Assembly: GCF_001194135.2 (NCBI RefSeq)
Contig: NC_068981.1
Span: forward strand, 140,213,562 to 140,277,561
Direction of reading: 5' to 3'
DNA: 64,000 nucleotides
Source: Octopus bimaculoides
Lineage: Eukaryota
Notes under the pieces: model-generated
Databases searched by the model: none
Told to the model about the DNA's origin: nothing
What the model saw: only the letters and a program-made list of their open reading frames with translations
In this document: positions 51,471-64,000 of the stretch, one piece after another
How positions within the stretch are numbered: the first letter of the stretch is position 1
Layout of the letters: the number at the start of each line of letters is the position of its first letter
Position numbers and translations under genes: made by a program

Positions 51471-54400
51471 TAGTGCTGTTATTTGCTGTAATATGCATTT
51501 TTGCTCTCTTGCTTAAATGTTCGAATTCTTTAATCTAGTTATTGCTTCACATAATATATTTAGTTATAAGTTATATTTCATTAAATAGCTCTTGCGATGA
51601 TTCACGATATTTTAATTTGAGATAACGTTGCACTGAAGTCAATCATTGTAAATAACTCCTCTTTATTTTTTATTCACTGGTCATGTATAATTCACATATC
51701 TGGAAACGAAATAGTGAAATTAATATTTCTTTCGTTATTTACAAATAAGTATGAAAAAACACTTGATACAACATAAAATATTTTCGGTTCTATTCCATCA
51801 TATATCCAACAAGTCTGTTCGTTTACAGACTTGTTTATTCAACTTTATTTAAGAATTATACACATCAATGGCCGGAATGTAATTTTTGATATCAGATTAC
51901 ATTGAACTCAGTAACAAAACGATAAATATCTATAAACCGTAACTAAATTTTAATAGCGAATTATTTGTTAATCTCCTACAAATTACACCATTTAAAATTT
52001 AAATCAGCATTAGTTCATGTTATTTCCGTAGGTAGATAAGATGACGCAATATGGATTTTAAATAACTTCATCTTGTTAAGTAATTTATAATCCATTTTAC
52101 CCGCTCTTATCTTTCTAAGCAGCAAAGATGAAGTAATATTATAAATAAATTACATTCAAATAAATGAAATAAATTTAAGGGTTGTCAACGATAATATATC
52201 TTTTCTTAGTGCTTATATTTACGTTTTCAGCAATTGCAAACGGATCACATGTCACAGAATTCTATGTCATAAAACACTGCACTGTTACAAAATTAGTAAC
52301 ACACGAAGATGTCCTTATATATTATATAATGTTAACGATTCTCCAAATGTGATCAAATTTGAAATTGAAAATAGGCTCGAGATTATTTAGCTGTAATTTG
52401 ATTTGTTGCACATGACCTTATTACTTCAGCACCTAAGTTTAAAAGTTCTTCTAAAATATTAAATTAGTAACTCCTTCAATAATTATATTTAACAGTAACA
52501 GCGTCGTAGTGGCAGCTGGAAGCATATTTTGTAGGAATTGCTATTGTAACGGTTAGAATGAAATTCCAGAACAATCGGATCAGGAAGACTGCATCAAAAA
52601 TATTAGAAAAAGGAAGTAAAATAGTATATTTAGAACATTTCCGCTGTATGGCATGAATATAAAATGATCAGTTTTTAACAAATTGTAGAAAGAAGTTGAG
52701 AATGCAAGTAATTCTATCCTTAGCGATTCTATTATTTGCAAGGATAGCCAGAAGCTATTTCATGGCATATGAATCACTAGAAATTATCAGATTTTAAGAG
52801 CGGAAAATATGTTTAAGTGTATTGGATTTTAGTCAGTCACATATTAAATTGTCAGAAGCCTGGTGCCTACACATTTTGGGCAAATGTAATACATTTATTT
52901 CTTGAACAAGTAATGAATAGTTATATACCAGAGAAGTTTGTACAAAAAAATATATAACCTTTAAAATAACTGGCATTAAGGTAATATTTCAGACACTGCT
53001 AACCTTTCAAGTATTGGGAAAATCATTTGAATATATTAGATTTCACATTCAACTAAATCCGTGGGTGATTCTCGTACCGCTTAATGTATGATGTGCACGC
53101 TGATTAAAAAAAAAAAAAAAGAAATCCTCATAATTTCAGGATTTCCTTTTGAGTTGAAGAAACAGACTATATTTGTTTTTGCCTTCTACATGTGCATAGT
53201 ATTTTAAGCTGGTAATATTCTAGTCATACGACGATTTGAGTTTAGTTTGTTTTACAACAGTAATCCGTATCACCTTACAATAGGTTTGCTCGTATGAAAT
53301 TCATTTCATGGTCTTTCATATTAGGAAGGAACGTTTGCATGCTAACTCTTCTTAATTTGTAAGAGATCCAATATCGTATGGACTAAACAACTAAAAGAGA
53401 AACCACTCATATTCATAATAAGCATAAAATAGAAGGCAATATAAAAACGGTTTATATATCTTTATATATCATACGTATTATATTTATATTTTATCTCTGG
53501 ATTGCTAATATGAATTTGAAGCAAAATTATGTATTCATTTAAAAGAAACGAGAGAGATGAAATGAACAAAGAACACGCAATATAAATATTCAAATGCAAC
53601 ATGGCATTAACCCTTTTACTGTTTCAGGTAAACTTACGTGGCCTTGCAATGTAATTAATTCAATGAAAAATTCTAATGCACTGTTTTGATGATATCTACT
53701 TCAGCTATTGCCAAAAAAAACTATAAGCTTAGAAAATATTTAAATTCATCGTCATTTGATCACTTGCAAGTAAGTCCATAGAGTATTGCTTAAAATATCA
53801 AATGATTCTGCTACATGAGTATCAAATAAATAATATATATGTGTGTATGTATGCGTATAAATATATACAAAAACACACACATATTACTATATTTATCTCT
53901 TTTAATATATACATACAGGCATACACACATATGTATGGTTACCTGTTTCGTTTCGCTACGTAATTCATGGAGAACTTTTGAAGAAACATCTTATAAAATA
54001 AGATTGTAAGCCCCAATTCCGATCAGTTGCTTGGTTAATTATCATAGCTTTATTACTCCCCTTGGAAACTAGAGATACAAAAAGGAAACAAAAAGAAAGC
54101 GTTGACTGTTCTACTGTGGGTATCAATCATGATGCCCGTGCATAGTTATGCAATCTGAAACGAGAAGTTAACAGTATTGGAAGACATTATGAGATGATAT
54201 AGTTTAGGTATATGCAGTTTCTCCCAATTAAGACAAATGCAGATATGCAAAGTATACGATGCTGACTCCGGGATGTGTAGATAGTCATTAAATATCAGAT
54301 GGTAAGCTAGAGGAAACAAATGATGCGTGTACGAAAACCAGGGCTGGATATCATACTTTTGCTTTTCTACGAAAGTCTCTCTTTGATGTATAAAAAAAAT

Positions 54401-54857
54401 GTAAACATTTTAATCTTTACCAGTGAATTGGATGTTCTCAATTGAAAGCCTGCAAAATGTTCTTTCTGCATCTCTGAGCTGCAACAACAAAAGATATTTA
54501 TGTAGGAGTATTTAGCAGTAAGTATATTTAGTTTATAAATTACGCCTATAAGACTCGTAATAATTCAATGACTTTACATTATTAGTAGTGTCACTATTAA
54601 ACCAATGATCTGAGATTATTGGTACTGTATGTCACAAGGGTCTATTACAGCCAAATAAACTGACAAAACCAAAATATGTGATACTATTGTGGAGTGATTC
54701 CACCGAAAGTGTGGGTTGCGGATACACTCTATATTTCAAGAATGCTTTATTGTTTTCATAAGAATCTTATCATTAGTATAGCCTTAGTTCCAATTGAATA
54801 ATGACCCATGACTAAAATTATTTGATTAATGTTAATCAAACATGGATCTACCAACTG

Positions 54858-54917
<60 letters not shown>

Positions 54918-56503
54918 GCCAATTTATTTGCAGAAACATATTCATAATGCGTTACAATCAGCAAATAGATGAATTTTCCGAAAAATGCTGTAAAGGGAAT
55001 TGAATTGCATTGGTATCCAAATAGATGTGGGTATATGTGTGAAACATCAACTAATGCTGCTGGTAATGTTATCTAAGGGAGTCTTCTGTGAAAATGTTGT
55101 TTATTTAAGGCTGTAGTTTTGTTCAATGCTTTTTCAGTCGTGGGATTTCGCTATTTACGTGTAATTTTAACTTTGCCTTTAATTCATACAATCGTTTAAA
55201 TGAAATAACTGTATGAGTATAACAAACGCGTGTGCTAGAAGTAAACAAGTAACACCGGCATTGATTTTAGAATATAACAGGAAAAACGAAACCATGTTAG
55301 GTCCGTGATACCCATCTAATATACAGATGTATCTTTACATTCCTTTAGTGGGAAAATGTCAGTGATTAAGCTGGAGAGGAACTGTGCAGCGAGATGTTTA
55401 AATACTTTATAGCATTAAATGCAATGCAAACTGAATATAGCTGTATAAGCGTTTTCTTAAATGCCTATCACGAATCTTTTATAGAATAATTGTTTCACTT
55501 TCAACACTGGATCGCAGGTCAAGTCGCTTGCCAAACAGCTACTACAAAATGTAAGAAAAAATAAATCAACAAAATAATAAGCCTGTGATCTGATGAAAAT
55601 GAAAGAAATGTCTGTTTTAATTGATTTATTGCTCAAGAAATCTTTCAGAGATTCATAATTACATTTTAATTTTTTGATAATAGATTGAATTTTAAATAAA
55701 TCGCAGGTGCCTTTCAGAGCACAAATCAAAGATTTTGCTATTTTGTCTACAATGGTTCCGACCAGTAAAATGTCTTTGGTAATAGAAAGTACGTAGGATA
55801 ATCATCTATGTTGCATGACAAATACGAAGAAAGAGTTAATATATCATCATACTGCAGTACTGTGTATTGTATACATAACTTATACAACATGAACACAATT
55901 ATATTCAAATTTCATTATATTTCATTATAGAATAACTTCATTATTCACTGAAGTTTATATTGAAGAGACAATAAATAAATCGATAATGATTTGTTTTCCC
56001 ATTAATAAAGGGAACAATGGCAAATTAATGCCAGATTGAAATTACATATTGTTCTCTGGCATATGTTGAGATATGAGAACACTAAGGAAATACACCATCA
56101 AATAGCAATATTGTATTATAGAATATATTCAGAAAGACTTAAAGGGTAGAACATATTCGAAGAAAGGTACAAAAGAATGAAGATAACTAAACAGACGAAG
56201 TAAATGAGTAAATGAATAGTAATACTGGTGATATCAAGTACTAGAGTAATGTTCGGAATTTTCAGGTTTCACAAAGTGTAAAAATAAATTAATACAGAGT
56301 GAAATATATGAAATCTAAACCGTATACATATGATGTGAATCACCACCATAATCTTAATGTGATTAAAAAACGGTATCATTCCATGAAATGTTAGTATTTC
56401 CACACATTTGTTAATAAACAGAGGATATATGAAGAGAAAGATGAAGGGAAATGACATATATAGATAAGTTTCTTCGCTGGAATTTGCTAATTTGCTAAGG
56501 GAA

Positions 56504-56534
<31 letters not shown>

Positions 56535-56556
56535 TGCATGTATGTATGTATGTATG

Positions 56557-56605
<49 letters not shown>

Positions 56606-56899
56606 NNNNNNNNNNNNNNNNNNNNNNNNNNNNNNNNNNNNNNNNNNNNNNNNNNNNNNNNNNNNNNNNNNNNNNNNNNNNNNNNNNNNNNNNNNNNNNN
56701 NNNNNNNNNNNNNNNNNNNNNNNNNNNNNNNNNNNNNNNNNNNNNNNNNNNNNNNNNNNNNNNNNNNNNNNNNNNNNNNNNNNNNNNNNNNNNNNNNNNN
56801 NNNNNNNNNNNNNNNNNNNNNNNNNATTCTACGCAAGATACACAATACTTGTAATTACACTCGATAATACGCAACTCTCGGCTTTGCACAGCTCAATGA

Positions 56900-58140
56900 C
56901 TCTCCTTTTCTTTATTGTGGCACTGTGGCCATTCACACAAAGGGGACAGCACAAAGACAGACAGAACACCACATTTGAGCCCCACAGTCAAGCAGTACCA
57001 TTTACGGTTAATTTATACAATTTCTTGAAAGTTTTCTTTTTAGTTTATTTTGTATCTTTTTTCCTCTATTTTTCTTTTTTTTCCATTTTTAAAATGTCTA
57101 TTTTCTCTTTTGTCCCTTTTTTAAAGACTCCCCTATTACCATTCACTAAGGGTATTAATTCCTCGTATTTAACTACTTTTGGTAGTCTCTCAAATTCAAT
57201 CTTTTCCCTCAAAGGGTTCACATCATCTTCAAATTATTCTTTCAACCTTTTATACCTTTTCTTGTCAATCGCCACTCCCCTGATGTGTTCCGAGTAACCG
57301 TCTGCTGGCAATTTAATTCTTATGGCACCTTTGAATTTCGCTATTTTCCTCTCAATGATGATGCTTTTCACATATGTGACCACATGCCACTTTTTCTTAT
57401 TCGCATTTACTTGCTTATGCTCCGGACCTGGGCCATCCGGATTAGTCATTTCCCTTGGTTCCTCCGTCTGTACATAAAAACAATCGTCCACAATTACGTC
57501 TTCCACCCTATATCTGACCAGTTCCTCGGTACTTCTTTCGTTCTAGTTACTTTTAAGATCTTTGCATGCATCTTCCTCCATTCCGTGCATGACTGCTGCC
57601 ACCAGCCATGCCTCTTCGATCTTGAAGGGTACTCTGCGGGCTCTCATTCTGGCAACATGTTTGCCGCAGTACGTCGGCAGCAACACCCATTCTTGTGTCC
57701 CTATCGGCTCATTGGAGTGGTTCATAGCGTCCTCCTCGTTGAAGAACCTAACTTACACAAGGCCGAATTTCCTTCCAGAAGGTGGTTAGTCTTTTCACGT
57801 CACCTAGACATTCCTTAAATGCCTCTACTGGGGCAATATCTATTTATTTTTGGTAGTGGTGGATAACATCCTGTACACAACCGTTTTCTTTGCTACACTC
57901 TTCGTCACTTCTGGTGGATTCAGCTTTAAACTGGACCCTTTCTTTTGTAACAAATAATTTCCTTCTTTCCATTTCTTTGTCTCTATTTTTATATCGGAAA
58001 CTTCAAGTTTGGTCGTCGTAATAACTGGTCTAGTTGCAGTTGAATAACTTGCGACACGTTCCATTTCACCTCTTTTCACCACTTCGCCCATAAATGGGGA
58101 AGAAACTACTTCAAAAACAGGCAAAACAGCGGCAGAAATT
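56900..58140 (-). mobile_element. Degraded ORF1/gag-like coding remnant with 3' UTR and AATAAA; possibly L1/Tx1-related non-autonomous (HAL1-like)
   Basis: Consecutive frameshifted segments MERVASYS..KTVVYRMLSTTTKN, VRFFNEEDA..EWVLLPTYCGKHVARMRARRVPFKIEEAWLVAAV, then a K/E-rich end; AATAAA at rc 56911-56916; no EN or RT motifs seen. Confidence 0.45.
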
Positions 58141-58184
58141 AAACAATTTCACAATTTCAACAATTTCACGATTTAACGAAACTT

Positions 58185-58600
58185 GGTTTACCCGTGCGGG
58201 GAAACCTACTACAAATATATAAATACCAGGGTGTTACAATTTAACTCATGTTTAAAGAAACCAAAACCGACACCATCTGAATCTCCACTGTATAATACCT
58301 ACCCTTGCACATACATGTTAAGGTACTACTTCACCTACACTGTATATATATTGGTCAGTCTAAACGAAGATTGTCAGATCAAATCACCTCAAAACTGGGA
58401 CGTTCGTCTCAGTAATGACATTCCCGTTGCATGCCTTTTACACTTTGCACTTCTCTTCACCGGACGACATACCGTTCCATCTAGACGTACACAGTGATTA
58501 GTAGTCTCATGGACTGCAAGTGGAAGAATAACTTATTTAAAATATTCAAACATTCACTTATCACGGATCGAGCCACTAGCCACTTTTATCTAAAACGCCT
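58185..58600 (+). mobile_element. Degraded Penelope-like GIY-YIG endonuclease (different subfamily from 44830)
   Basis: HCIYIGQSKRRLSD (YIG at 58347-58355), then VRLSNDIPVA after a frameshift. Confidence 0.65.
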
Positions 58601-59140
58601 ATCATCACATCACATACGCATGGCATAATCATATGCATCTATATCCTTTTCCCAATGCAACCAAATATATATACAAGAGAATACATCATTTGCATGTTTA
58701 TACCGTTTTCAACCAAGCTTATATACGCAACATCACCATGCACACAATAAAATACTCGTACGTATATCATTACAGCATGCTCATATATATACTCACATAA
58801 CATGACATTCATCCACGATCTTTCATTGCATCTGCATTCATATTAGATACGTGCATAAAATCATACATACGACACACATCCATAATTCCAAACCTCAGAC
58901 AAAGTAAGCCGCAACAAAGGGAAAACAATTTAAACACGTACAACAATAGAATGCACGTACGTTTATACACAACATCAAACCTCCCACATTTTAATCACAG
59001 CTAACTCACATTCTCACGCACATTCATACGCACATTTACAAACAATCATACATGCACCCACACTCACGCTTCAGAATAACGCATCAATACGTCGTAATAC
59101 TAATACTATCCCCACGAAGCACACATGAACATTGAACACC

Positions 59141-59614
59141 CATTCCTACTAGTCCCTTTATACAATGTTCAGCTTTCGCACATGATCAATAGTCCATTTA
59201 TAGTAGGTCCACCGTTCACACATGAACAGTATTCCCTTTATAGTATGTTCACCTTTCTCACATGCACAGTAGTCCCTTTATGGCATGTTAGCCGTTTGCA
59301 CATGAACACTACTCTCTTTATAGTATGTTCACCGCTCACATAAGAACACTAATCCCTTTATAGTATGCTCACCGTTTGCACATGACCACTAGTCCATTCA
59401 CAGTATATTCACTGTTCGCACATGGACACTAGATACTTAATAGTATGTTCACCGTACGCACATGAACACTAGTCCCTTTAGAGTATGTTCACTGTCCGCA
59501 CATGGACACTAGTCTCTCTATATTATGTTTACTATTCGCACATGAACACTAGTACCGAAGCACACATGAATACCCATAACTACTAGTTCTTTTATAGTAT
59601 GTTCACTGTTCATA
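59141..59614. repeat. 40-bp minisatellite, about 11-12 diverged units
   Basis: Unit starts at exact 40-bp steps from 59141 to 59541; consensus CATGAACACTAGTCCCTTTATAGTATGTTCACCGTTCGCA. Confidence 0.92.
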
Positions 59615-59959
59615 CGTTGACAGGAACACAGAGGTCGACTATAAAAGTACACGGACACTACACCTACATTCATAGTACAAGCACACATACTTTCACAAAA
59701 ATACACATAACACGGACATAAAAATATAAAGGGGCCTATGTATATATAATTCAAAACAGTTTCAGCCACCATTACATTTGTACGTATGAAACCTCATTCC
59801 TTCTGTCACTTCGTGGCATTCGAGTCGCTCAGCAAATCAATTCGCATTTCCTTGTCGTGGGAATGTTAAAAGTTCTTCCACATTTTAAATCACACTTTGA
59901 GTAGCAAACTAATAATTTACAGTTTGATTTCTCCCACTTTCATTCTCACATTTCTCTCC

Positions 59960-60202
59960 TTACACACGCACGCACGCACACACACACACACACACAAGGA
60001 CACACACACACAAGCACACACAGGGAGACATACACACACATACTTCAGCACACACACGCGCACACACGTACACACACGCATGCACACACAAACACTTACA
60101 CACACGCGGACACACGCACACACAAGCATGGACACACACACACTCACACCACACACAAACACTTAAACACACGCGGACACACGCACACTCACACCACACA
60201 CT
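59960..60202. repeat. Degenerate (CA)n tract
   Basis: Direct low-complexity repeat. Confidence 0.9.
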
Positions 60203-61123
60203 CGCTTATAGAGAAAGGCTGATGGAAGAGATTTGTGTATTAGTATACTGTATACATCAACACGCGGATCTCTATTAGTTTACGTGTTCACCGTTTCTCG
60301 AATCATTTTTCTCGAATCACATCCGCATTACGTAAAATAGGAAAAGACGATTATTGGCTAACGTTGTTTGGGCTGCATTTTCTACGAAAAGTGACCTTGT
60401 GATCTTGGGAGGTAAGCTTTTAATCATATATTGAATATATTTAGTTGAGGCTGTAATAATTTGATCCTGTAGTTAATCATGACATTCAAAGTGTGATAAT
60501 TCTTGTCAGAGTATTATTCCCGATCATATCTTCCGTTGTAGTCACTTTTATGGTAACAAAATAGAGCTTGGATGCAATTTGGTTATTTACTTTAGAATGG
60601 CGAAGACTCAAGTACAAGCTTCTAGATTGGCTCGACTGCAGGATTAAATATGCATTTCCGATATGTGTGAAAACACTACAGTATTTGGGAAGTGCTATTC
60701 ACGAAATTATTACACCCGTGCATTCATTCGATTATGCGTTCTTTATGTATAAAAATATCCATTTATCGAAAGGGTTATTTTATCTGTATGATTCAGTAAG
60801 GTGCAGCTTCATCTTTCATGGTACTTATGTAGATACAAATCAATATTAATAGCTACAGTTGTGAAAAATACATCGTGAATGAAACATAGTTTGTCTATAG
60901 GCCGAAATGATTGGTCGTGGCTGATCTTTCGACCAAAGTTGGGCTTCAGTTAACAAAGTCAAGACATGCGCGTCTTATTTGTAATTTGATTCGAATCATC
61001 TACCTCGATGTACCGCAATGTGGCTTTTCCTAAGATGACAGTGTTTAGGAGGATTGTTAGCATGAAGAATGACAACATTGAAGTCCTATCCTCCTCCTTT
61101 TATTCTACTCTGTAACAATTATG

Positions 61124-61168
<45 letters not shown>

Positions 61169-61610
61169 CACACGCACACACACACACATACACACACACA
61201 TACACACACACACAGAGGTCTGTAATTCCTTCTTAATGGTCAAAGGCCTTGTCTCTTATAAATAAATGCTTATTGGTCATTATTTAAGTTTAAACTCCAG
61301 ACGCCAGACATTTCCACGCAGCAAATGGTATACTTACATAAATACAAATTAATCTACCTTTTAAATTGTAGTAACTAAGACAACGATTTCCCGGTAATGT
61401 AATATAACTGTTCTATGTGGCATGGCTGAAACTATAGCTACATTAAAGCCTGACAACTAGATTTATGAGGATTTCTAAATAAGTTCCGAATTAATTTAGT
61501 ACAATAATATCGAGTGAAAATGACAGATTTCAACGATAAATGTCACTAATCTGAAATGAAGGAAAATTTCTGTATTTACGTATTAGAAAGATGCGCAGTT
61601 GCGTGCAGGT

Positions 61611-61649
<39 letters not shown>

Positions 61650-61832
61650 NNNNNNNNNNNNNNNNNNNNNNNNNNNNNNNNNNNNNNNNNNNNNNNNNNN
61701 NNNNNNNNNNNNNNNNNNNNNNNNNNNNNNNNNNNNNNNNNNNNNNNNNNNNNNNNNNNNNNNNNNNNNNNNNNNNNNNNNNNNNNNNNNNNNNNNNNNN
61801 NNNNNNNNNNNNNNNNNNNNNNNNNNNNNNNN

Positions 61833-61875
<43 letters not shown>

Positions 61876-63533
61876 TCACGTGGATTATATGAGCGATTGA
61901 AATTTCGTTCGTTAGCAGTAAGTTGGTTAGTGTTTCTAGCATGAATATTAATATTAGAATAGAAAATGAATGTACCAACGCGGAGTAGAAAACCGAAAGA
62001 ATAGAGCTATTTTTCTTGTTATTTATTTCATGGAATATATTGACGTAGTCGCATTTTAATCTGAAGTAGAAAAAACAAACGTTATCTTGCTAATATTGGT
62101 ATTGGTTCCAATTTATTCGTAATTCTACACGATGTTTACCGAGGCTCTTCATCTAATTTGCTTGCATATCTAGATCACACCATTTTACATCAGGTTCGAT
62201 TTGCCGCTCTGACTCCCTTAATACTATTATACAACATGAATACAATATCAATTGCTTCACCAAATATCTAACAGATTTTGCGTTAGATTAGATATCATGA
62301 ATTATGTATCATGGTACTAAATTTAATTAAATGTAAGAGGCTTACTTCACGAATAACGCTTAAGCCAATATTTGCACGAGATAGAATTTAGACTCAAAAC
62401 AAATATAAAATGCTGTAGCAAGTATTAGGCTAGGAAATGTCACGGGTGATATATGATTATTTTGGTAGTTTCATCATGTTTGGAGCTAATGTTCAGAACT
62501 TCATGAATAGAGATATTCATTTTCAAGATCAATTGAAATATCTAGCTTTTTTTTTTCGGCGTGATCACTTAGATTTATAAGAGTATTAACCTTCTCACTT
62601 CTTATTTTATTGCGCAATATCCTCTACAGCTGCCATTGTGCAACAGCGTATCAAACATTACCGTTTGCTGTACGACTAGATATTTTCATTGGAAAATAAT
62701 GGAGAAAATGTTCATATAGTATTAGCTAAAATGTCAGTTGTATCTCCTTTAGTAACTTCACAAATAATGATACGTGTAAGATCGGTCTCTATAGCAATAG
62801 GCTTAAGAAACTTGAATGTAGGGTAGGCTCGGTAGCTTCCAAGCTAATGAGGAGTTCATCTAGATACAACGGGAGTGAATTGACACAGGTGATATAATTT
62901 ATAAAATGCCGAAATCCGAAGGGAAATAAATGGACGACATACTCAAGCGTATGCATATGCATACACATTAGTGTGAGCATCAGAGAAAATGTCTCGATAT
63001 TTTTTCAGTTGTTGATCCTCTGTGAAGCTAAAATATAAGACAGTTGAACATTAATATCATGTTGGTGAATTGTTGCTCTGCTACACTAATAAACATAAAT
63101 CTTGGGCTGCAACCAAACGGTCATTCAACTGAATGCTAAATACTCACTGACTACAATGCAGTAACCATTCGCTCAAGGACAGACAGAATTTTCTTTTTCA
63201 TCTACAGTCTCTCTCTGAAAAGAGCTCTCGCATCTACATACATTTGCAAGAGACTATACAATCTATATATCCGTCCTTGTAAAACACCAAATACAACACA
63301 ATTTGTTACAGTCCTTTTATTCCTGATTCTACATTCCACCGAGGGATAGGTGCAAGACCTTAATTTCACAACACTACCGTTTTGGATGAACATTGCAGTA
63401 CCAGAAATTTTGGGATAAATACTCCCCTGTAGTAGATGAAGCAAACTCCACAATATACATTAGATATACGCCATTCACTTCACTGGCTGGGTTCAGTTCA
63501 ATCGTTTGCATCTATCTCACTATTTTTCTAGGT

Positions 63534-63630
63534 ACGTACGTACGTACCTACCTACCTACCTACCTACCTGCCTACCTACCTACCTACCTACCTACTTACC
63601 TACCTGCCTGCCTACATGCTTGCCTGCCTG

Positions 63631-63696
<66 letters not shown>
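63534..63696. repeat. (TACG)/(TACC)n/(TATC)n compound microsatellite
   Basis: Direct tandem repeats. Confidence 0.92.
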
Positions 63697-63698
<2 letters not shown>

Positions 63699-63893
63699 AT
63701 TTGCCCAAAGGGGCAAAACATAGAGCGGACAAAGAAGGAAAGACAAAGGGATTAAGTCGATTACATCAAACCCTGGGTTATTTTACTTTATTTATGAAAG
63801 GCAAAGTCGACCTCGGCGGAATTTGAACTCAGAACGTAATGGCAGGTGAAATACCGCTAAGCATTTCGCCCGGCGTGCTAACGTTTCTGCCAG
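63697..63893 (-). mobile_element. SINE family A, young copy with internal deletion
   Basis: gaaaggcaaagtcgacctcggcggaatttgaactcagaacg..ataccgctaagcatttcgcccggcgtgctaacgtttctgccag; B-box-like gagttcaaattcc on the minus strand. Confidence 0.92.
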
Positions 63894-64000
63894 ATCTGTC
63901 TGTCTGTCTGTATGTATGTATGCATTTATGTATGTCTATCTGTCTGTTTGTCTGCCTTTCTATTTATCTATCTGTCTTTATTTACTCGCACATATATTCA

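Noticed and set aside
54420-54477. Minus-strand 58-nt exon candidate with good splice signals
   Set aside because: Two open frames and no homology or partner exon; cannot be distinguished from chance.
59141-59614. CRISPR-like array
   Set aside because: Units are contiguous with no unique spacers, no cas genes are present, and the context is eukaryotic.
63399-63531. Candidate exon YQKFWDKYSPVVDEANSTIYIRYTPFTSLAGFSSIVCIYLTIFL (sequon plus hydrophobic stretch)
   Set aside because: Poor acceptor, and the donor GTACGT is supplied by the start of a microsatellite; unsupported without RNA data.

Overview
AT-rich, repeat-dominated eukaryotic DNA with 14 N-gaps, most flanked by microsatellites, consistent with a short-read assembly. 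The tRNA-derived SINE families and very dense microsatellites resemble octopus/coleoid cephalopod DNA as I recall it; this is inferred, not database-checked. It looks like intronic or intergenic sequence. I found no intact gene, rRNA, real tRNA or CRISPR array, and only weak candidate host exons. Most ORF-track entries are microsatellite or N-gap artefacts. Recognisable content is mobile DNA: three SINE families, RTE-clade LINE remnants (one with an inverted 5' part), R4/Dong-like RLE retroelement remnants, a hAT deletion derivative with a perfect 8-bp TSD, a mariner nested in a mariner MITE, a possible ORF1-only (HAL1-like) element, and many Penelope-like (PLE) pieces (RT, three GIY-YIG fragments). 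The most interesting signal is several short non-coding elements carrying minimal type I hammerhead-ribozyme (HHR) motifs, none fully canonical in these copies. One appears to join a tRNA-derived Pol III head to an HHR-bearing tail, in the inverted arrangement typical of PLEs.
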